Assembly: GCA_030538435.1 (NCBI GenBank)
Contig: JAUNUA010000001.1
Coordinates: forward strand, 1 to 42,436
Source of the DNA: Brachybacterium sp.
GTDB taxonomy: Bacteria; Actinomycetota; Actinomycetes; Actinomycetales; Dermabacteraceae
Direction of reading: 5' to 3'
Length of the DNA: 42,436 nt
Program-made: the position numbers and the translations under genes
In this document: piece after piece, positions 37,238-42,436 of the stretch
How the letters are laid out: each line of letters opens with the position of its first letter
Position numbering within the stretch: position 1 is the first letter of the stretch
The notes under the pieces: generated by a model
Seen by the model: only the letters and a program-made list of their open reading frames with translations
Told to the model about the DNA's origin: nothing
The model's database searches: none

Positions 37238-37302
37238 ACCTGTGCAGGGATGCCACCGGGCTCGAACGATTGGAACAATTCTCGCCACCACGGAGGAGCC
37301 GC

Positions 37303-38157
37303 GTGACGATCACGATTCGACCCGGTAGCAAGATGCCGCTGCTCGACGCCTCGCCCAGCCACGACCGCCCCTGGTACATCAACGACCACACGCTGATCGT
37401 CGGCCCGGACGGGCGCTGGCATGTGTTCGGAATCTGGCATCCGGAGCCCGCGGCACCCCTGGACGAGACCTTCTTCCTTCATGCCAGCAGCCCCTCTCTG
37501 ATCGGGGAGGAGTGGACCATCCACGATCCGGTCATGCACGCCCGCCCCGACCAGGGCGTCACCCACGTCTGGGCCCCGCACATCATCAAGCACGCCGGCA
37601 CCTACTGGATGTTCTACTGCGGCGGTACCCCCGACCACGAGCGCTACCGCATCGATCTCGCTACCAGTGAGGACCTCCATACCTGGCATCACCACCCGGC
37701 GTCTCCCCTGGTCATCGACGGGTACGACGCCCGCGACCCGATGGTGCTGCAACATGATGGGCAGTGGCTGCTGTACTGCACGCGCACCTCCACCCCGGCC
37801 GGCGGCTACCACGAGGTCTCGGTGCGCCGCAGCGATGACCTGCTGACCTGGAGCGACCCCGAGATCGCCTACCGGTCCACCCAGCGCGGCACCGTGGGCG
37901 GGCCAACCGAGTCCCCCTTCGTGATCGAGGTCGAGGGCACGTTCCTGCTATTCGTCTGCGAGTCCGGTGAGTACGACCGGACCCTCGTCTACGCCTCGGA
38001 GGATCCCTGCTCCTTCGACGACGACGGACAGATCGACGTAGACCTGGACGAGCACTGCGCGGAGATCGTCCGTGACGGCGAGGACCTCTGGATCACCGGC
38101 GGCGGCTGGGGGCGCGGCGGACTGAGTATTCGTCCCCTGGAGATCACCGCTGATTGA
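37303..38157 (+). CDS. five-bladed beta-propeller glycoside hydrolase (GH32/GH43-like)
   Basis: WYINDH, VWAPH, Asp-box TSEDLHTW and SDDLLTW, ARDP, TESPF. RBS GGAGGA before the GTG; no signal peptide. Confidence 0.82.
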   Translation: MTITIRPGSKMPLLDASPSHDRPWYINDHTLIVGPDGRWHVFGIWHPEPAAPLDETFFLHASSPSLIGEEWTIHDPVMHARPDQGVTHVWAPHIIKHAGTYWMFYCGGTPDHERYRIDLATSEDLHTWHHHPASPLVIDGYDARDPMVLQHDGQWLLYCTRTSTPAGGYHEVSVRRSDDLLTWSDPEIAYRSTQRGTVGGPTESPFVIEVEGTFLLFVCESGEYDRTLVYASEDPCSFDDDGQIDVDLDEHCAEIVRDGEDLWITGGGWGRGGLSIRPLEITAD

Positions 38158-38233
38158 GCCCGCCCCTGCCGCACCGATGCGGACCGCAGCCGCTGCGCTC
38201 AGCCTCGTGCTCGGTCGGATCGGGCACCCGTGC

Positions 38234-38956
38234 TCAGCGTCTCGGCTGTTCCTCGACCAGCTGCACGTCCTTCGCTCCGAGGTCGATCGCGCACAGCCAG
38301 TACGGGACGCTGATGGCCGAGGCGAGCAGCCCGGGCACCACCAGGAGGGCGGGGGAGAGACGCCCCGGCAGCAGCAGCGCGGCAGCGGTGAGAGCCACCG
38401 CCGGCACCACGAACCGCCACGGCCACCGGCGCAACACGTAGGCGGCGGACAGGAGCATGCGCCGCAGCCCCAGCGCGGGGCGGGCCGCGGCGAGGGGGAG
38501 CCCGACGACACCGACCGCCGTGCTCAGCACTCCCACCCCGGTCGCGAGCGCCGCGCTGATTCCGTAGACCCACGCCCCCGACTCCTGGGCGGCAGCCAGT
38601 CCGAGCAGGGCCAGTAGCAGCGACCCAGCGGGGACTCCCAGGAAGAGGATCCCGAGCCACCAGCGGCCCCGCCACGAGGCCAGGTACCCCCGCAGGTCCG
38701 AGTCGTCCTCGAGCAGGATCCGTCGCATCACGCGGAACAGAGGCAGGAGCGTTGGACCCACCAGCAGCGGCGCGAGGGCCAGCAGGATCACGACACTGCC
38801 CCTCGCGATCGCCAGGGAGACCAGCACCCCTACCCCGCACACCGCAGAGGCGATCAGCAGCACCGGCAGGTGTCGCCAGAGACCTCGCGTCCCGCGCTCG
38901 ATCACGCGGTGGCGCACAGCCGAGCGCACGCCCGGGGCCGACGCGGAGGAGGACAT
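38234..38956 (-). CDS. integral membrane protein (YesL/DUF624-like ABC-associated)
   Basis: 5-6 hydrophobic segments; downstream of a sugar ABC operon. The family label is tentative. Confidence 0.65.
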   Translation of the reverse strand: MSSSASAPGVRSAVRHRVIERGTRGLWRHLPVLLIASAVCGVGVLVSLAIARGSVVILLALAPLLVGPTLLPLFRVMRRILLEDDSDLRGYLASWRGRWWLGILFLGVPAGSLLLALLGLAAAQESGAWVYGISAALATGVGVLSTAVGVVGLPLAAARPALGLRRMLLSAAYVLRRWPWRFVVPAVALTAAALLLPGRLSPALLVVPGLLASAISVPYWLCAIDLGAKDVQLVEEQPRR

Positions 38957-39026
38957 GGCGCCACCATTCCACGTCCGCGGTGCGCTCCTCGACACTCGCG
39001 ATGCGTCCGGAGGGGTCCAGGTCACC

Positions 39027-39851
39027 TCAGCCCCGCACCCCGGCACTCGCGACACTCGCGATGAAGGCACGCTGGAACACCAGGAACACGATCAGCGCTG
39101 GGATCACCACGCTGGTGATCGCCGCGAAGACCACCACGCTGGATCCGCTTTGCCCGGACTGCAGTGTCACCAGGCCCAGCGGCAGGGTCATGTTGTGCTG
39201 GGAGTGGATGAAGATCAGCGGGCCGAAGTAGTTGTTCCACGACGCTTCGAAGGCCAGGATCGTCATCGCCGCGATCGCCGGCCCGGACAGCGGCACGATC
39301 ATGCGGAACAGGATCCACCCGTGCCCCGCCCCGTCCAGCGTGGCAGCCTCGTCCAGCTCGCGCGGAATGGAGTTGAAGTACTGACGGAAGAAGAAGATCG
39401 CGAAGACGTTCACCAGCGCAGGCAGGATCAGGGCGCCCAGGGTGTCCACCAACCCCAGGTTCCGCATCAGGAAGAACACGGGGATGATCGTCATCTGCAT
39501 GGGCACCATCAGGGCCGCCAGCATGAGGGCGAAGATGTGGTCGCGGAAACGGAAGGTCAGGCGCGAGAAGGCGTAGGCGGCCATGATGCTCACCAGCAGG
39601 GCGCCTCCGGTCACCGCGACCGAGACGATCACGCTGTTGAGGAACATCCGGCCGATGGGGATGAGCTCCGAGATCGCGCTGAAGTTCTCCAGCGTCGGGT
39701 CCCGCGGGAGCAGGGCGGGCGGCAGGTAGAAGGCGGAGGTCTCTCGGGTGAGGCTCTCGGTGACCAGCCACCACAGGGGAGCAAGCATGAACACCCCGAA
39801 CACCACCAGGGAGAGGTTCAGGGCCCAGCGTCCGAGTCGGCGTCGTGTCAT
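39027..39851 (-). CDS. carbohydrate ABC transporter permease (MalG-like)
   Basis: PTLENF, AAYAFSRL, IPRELDEAATLDGA, WNNYFGP. Confidence 0.92.
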   Translation of the reverse strand: MTRRRLGRWALNLSLVVFGVFMLAPLWWLVTESLTRETSAFYLPPALLPRDPTLENFSAISELIPIGRMFLNSVIVSVAVTGGALLVSIMAAYAFSRLTFRFRDHIFALMLAALMVPMQMTIIPVFFLMRNLGLVDTLGALILPALVNVFAIFFFRQYFNSIPRELDEAATLDGAGHGWILFRMIVPLSGPAIAAMTILAFEASWNNYFGPLIFIHSQHNMTLPLGLVTLQSGQSGSSVVVFAAITSVVIPALIVFLVFQRAFIASVASAGVRG

Positions 39852-40795
39852 CCGTCGTGCACCAGCCTCCGGGAGACCCAGAACTGCAGAGCGGTCACCA
39901 GTGCCATCACCAGGAACACCATCAGGGCGACTGCCGAGGCATACCCTGCCCGGAAGGCGTTGAAGCCCTGCTGATAGAGGTACATGACGATCGAGAGGGT
40001 CGACTCATCCGGGCCGCCGTTCGGGGTGATGATGTGGATCGGATCGAAGATCTGGAACGCCCCGATGAAGGTGATCACGCTCGCGAAGAAGATGGTCGGC
40101 GACATGATCGGGATGATCACGTGCCACATCCGCTGCCAGGCGTTGGCCCCGTCGATGAGGGCCGCCTCGGTGAGTTGACCGGGCACGGTCTGCAAACCGG
40201 CCAGCATGATGATGAAGGTGAAGCCGACGGTGTGCCACCAATCGATGCCGATGATCGCCGGCAGTGCCCAGGAGGCGTCGGTGAACCAGTTGGGAGGGTT
40301 GAGCCCGACCAGGCGCATCAGGTAGGTGCCCATCCCGAACGTCGGATCCAGTACGTAGCTCCACAGCAGGGCGACCGCCGCCCAGGAGATGACGAAGGGA
40401 AAGAACAGCGAGGTTCGCACGAAGTAGGACACCACGACGTTCTTGACCTTGTTCACCGCCAGGGCCAGGAAGAACCCTGCCACGATGTGGGTGATCCACG
40501 AGGCGAAGGCGAAGAAGAACGTGTTGCGCAGCGCGTTGTAGAAGCTGGGGTCGGAGAACAAGGTCCGGAAGTTCTCCAGGCCCACGAACTCCGGAGCGGT
40601 GAGCATGTCCCACCGGAACAGCGACAGGACGATCCCCGCCACCACCGGGCCCAGCACGAACGTCACGAACAGAACCCCGGCCGGCCCCAGGAAGATCAGG
40701 CCGGCGAGGCCGTCGCTGCGCCGGGACGGCCCCTCCCGGGGGACGGCGCGCTGCGGCACGCGCGTCCTCTCGGGAGCGGCGGGTTCGAGGGTCAC
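39848..40795 (-). CDS. carbohydrate ABC transporter permease (MalF-like)
   Basis: FVGLENF, LTEAALIDGA, FQIFD...GGP. The GTG start overlaps the stop of the binding-protein gene. Confidence 0.92.
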   Translation of the reverse strand: MTLEPAAPERTRVPQRAVPREGPSRRSDGLAGLIFLGPAGVLFVTFVLGPVVAGIVLSLFRWDMLTAPEFVGLENFRTLFSDPSFYNALRNTFFFAFASWITHIVAGFFLALAVNKVKNVVVSYFVRTSLFFPFVISWAAVALLWSYVLDPTFGMGTYLMRLVGLNPPNWFTDASWALPAIIGIDWWHTVGFTFIIMLAGLQTVPGQLTEAALIDGANAWQRMWHVIIPIMSPTIFFASVITFIGAFQIFDPIHIITPNGGPDESTLSIVMYLYQQGFNAFRAGYASAVALMVFLVMALVTALQFWVSRRLVHDG

Positions 40796-42123
40796 AGCAG
40801 GGCCTGCATCGCTTCGTTCGCCTCTCCGAGTGCGTCCTCCACCGGCTTGGAGCCGAGGATCGCCGCCTCCCATCCGGAATTGACGTGCGAGTCGACCTCA
40901 GCCTGCTGGTCCGGGCTCGGGACCGGGGTGGCGAACTCGATGGCTTCGGCGATCAGCTCGGTGCCCTCCGGGGCGTCCTGCAGGAACGCCTCGCTGTCCG
41001 AGACGTCCTCACGGATAGGCACGTTGGTGCCGCCTTGCTCGGCGTAGTAGGTCGAGGCCTCCACGCTCATCAGCCACTTCAGGAAGGTCCAGGCGGCTGC
41101 CTTGTTCTGCGAGGCCTTGAAGATCGCCCAGCCGTCCCAGCCGATCGGGCTGCCGGGGCCCGCGTTCTGGGGGAAGTTGACGACCTGGGTGCGGTCGACC
41201 AGTTCGAGACGACGCACCGACGGCAGCACGTACCGACCACCGCTGAGAACGGCCAGGTTGCCGCGCTCGTACTGGGTGGGTCCGTCGAACTCGCCACCTG
41301 GGGTGGGAACCAACTCGTCCTCCACCAAGGCCTTGACGAACTCGGCGGCCTCAATGGCCTCGGGAGAGTCGAAGGTGGCGGTCTCCCAGGCGTCGTCGAG
41401 CGTGCTGGCGCCGTTGGAGTTGAGCCAGGGCAGGATCTGGCCGAAGGGGAAGCCCGAACCGGCTGTCCCGATGAACGCGCCGGTCTCCTCCTTGATCTGC
41501 TCCCCGATGCTGCGGTAGTCCTCCCAGGTCCAGTCGGCGCTCGGCAGGTCGATGCCTGCGTCCTCGAAGATGTCCTTGTTGAGGTAGTGGACGACGGTGT
41601 TGTAGCCGCCAGGGACGAAGTAGGTCTGGCCGTCGGGGGATCCGTACGTGTCCAGCCACTCCACCATGCGCGGGTTGACCTGGGCGTAGAAGTCGTCGGT
41701 CTCCTCGGAGTCCTGCTCGATGTACTCATCGAGCGGCTCGAACAGGTCACGGGAGGACATCAGGCGCTGGCCCTCGGTGGCCACCGAGATGATGTCGGCG
41801 CTCTCCCCGCCGGCGATGCGGGTGGAGACCGTGCTGCCAAAGGTCGCCCAGTCGCCGGAGGCGATGCCGTTGGCGTTCAGGGTGATGTCCGGGTGTGACT
41901 CCTGGAACTCGTCGAACAGGGACTGGAAGGTCGCCTGCTGATCGGCGTCGCCCATGTAGATCAGGGTGAGCTCGCCGGTGCCGTCACCGTCGTCGCCCCC
42001 GCCGCCGGAGCCGCCGCTGTTGCAGGCGGAGAGCGCGCCGAGGGTGGGGACGGCGAGGGCGGCAGCGGCGCCACCGCGCAGGAGGGATCTACGGGGGACA
42101 GAGAGGCGTGGTGAGGTGGTCAT
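40792..42123 (-). CDS. sugar ABC transporter substrate-binding lipoprotein
   Basis: PRRSLL Tat motif, LSAC lipobox, FQESHPDI, WTWED. RBS AAGGAG. Confidence 0.92.
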   Translation of the reverse strand: MTTSPRLSVPRRSLLRGGAAAALAVPTLGALSACNSGGSGGGGDDGDGTGELTLIYMGDADQQATFQSLFDEFQESHPDITLNANGIASGDWATFGSTVSTRIAGGESADIISVATEGQRLMSSRDLFEPLDEYIEQDSEETDDFYAQVNPRMVEWLDTYGSPDGQTYFVPGGYNTVVHYLNKDIFEDAGIDLPSADWTWEDYRSIGEQIKEETGAFIGTAGSGFPFGQILPWLNSNGASTLDDAWETATFDSPEAIEAAEFVKALVEDELVPTPGGEFDGPTQYERGNLAVLSGGRYVLPSVRRLELVDRTQVVNFPQNAGPGSPIGWDGWAIFKASQNKAAAWTFLKWLMSVEASTYYAEQGGTNVPIREDVSDSEAFLQDAPEGTELIAEAIEFATPVPSPDQQAEVDSHVNSGWEAAILGSKPVEDALGEANEAMQALL

Positions 42124-42200
42124 GAGAGCTCCTTTGCTCGTGCGGGGGCCGGGGGTCGCGGGAGGTGGGGACGACAGCGGGGACCACCTCCACCTGAGAA

Positions 42201-42218
42201 TGAGAGATCGTTTTCTCA
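42201..42218. promoter_or_regulatory. LacI-type operator upstream of the third ABC operon
   Basis: TGAGAGATCGTTTTCTCA, CG-centred imperfect palindrome. Confidence 0.55.
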
Positions 42219-42366
42219 AGCTTACGGAGCGGGTGTTGGGCCGTCAAGCCTCCCAGATGTCGGGTTCGCCGGGAGGTGTTCTCGCCGTTGTCGTCGGAGC
42301 AGCACTCCTCGAGCGGCACTCGTGTGATTGACGTCGCAGGCCGTGAGCCATACCCTCGCTAGGGAC

Positions 42367-42381
42367 GGAGAACGATTACTC
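42367..42381 (-). promoter_or_regulatory. LacI-type operator (copy of 37223-37237)
   Basis: GGAGAACGATTACTC is the exact reverse complement of GAGTAATCGTTCTCC. Confidence 0.6.
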
Positions 42382-42436
42382 ATTGATCGATGTCCCGCTC
42401 GGCGCCAGCAGCCGAGCTCTGCCCCAGCAGCCGACC

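Overview
High-GC actinobacterial chromosomal segment (Micrococcales-like; inferred from codon usage, leaderless promoters and gene content). It is mostly carbohydrate metabolism: a DeoR/GH4/ABC/PfkB locus, a myo-inositol (iol) catabolic cluster with GntR operators, and two sugar ABC operons plus a beta-propeller glycosidase that share a LacI-type operator. It also holds a LysR/DUF3100/dehydrogenase operon, an aldo-keto reductase, a frameshifted EcsC-like gene and two surface proteins (DUF1524-Excalibur; SLH-CAP). Two accessory elements stand out. (1) A lower-GC island (~1.8-4.1 kb) pairs a M.NgoMIV/M.NaeI-like m5C methyltransferase (GCCGGC-type) with a separately promoted wHTH-HNH-wHTH nuclease, rather than the PD-(D/E)XK enzyme known for that family. 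(2) A solitary AAA_14-DUF4143 ATPase-nuclease gene has its promoter covered by four iteron-like repeats with an exact 22-bp period. No rRNA, tRNA, CRISPR array or intact transposase was recognised. Family assignments come from motif recognition by eye, not database searches.
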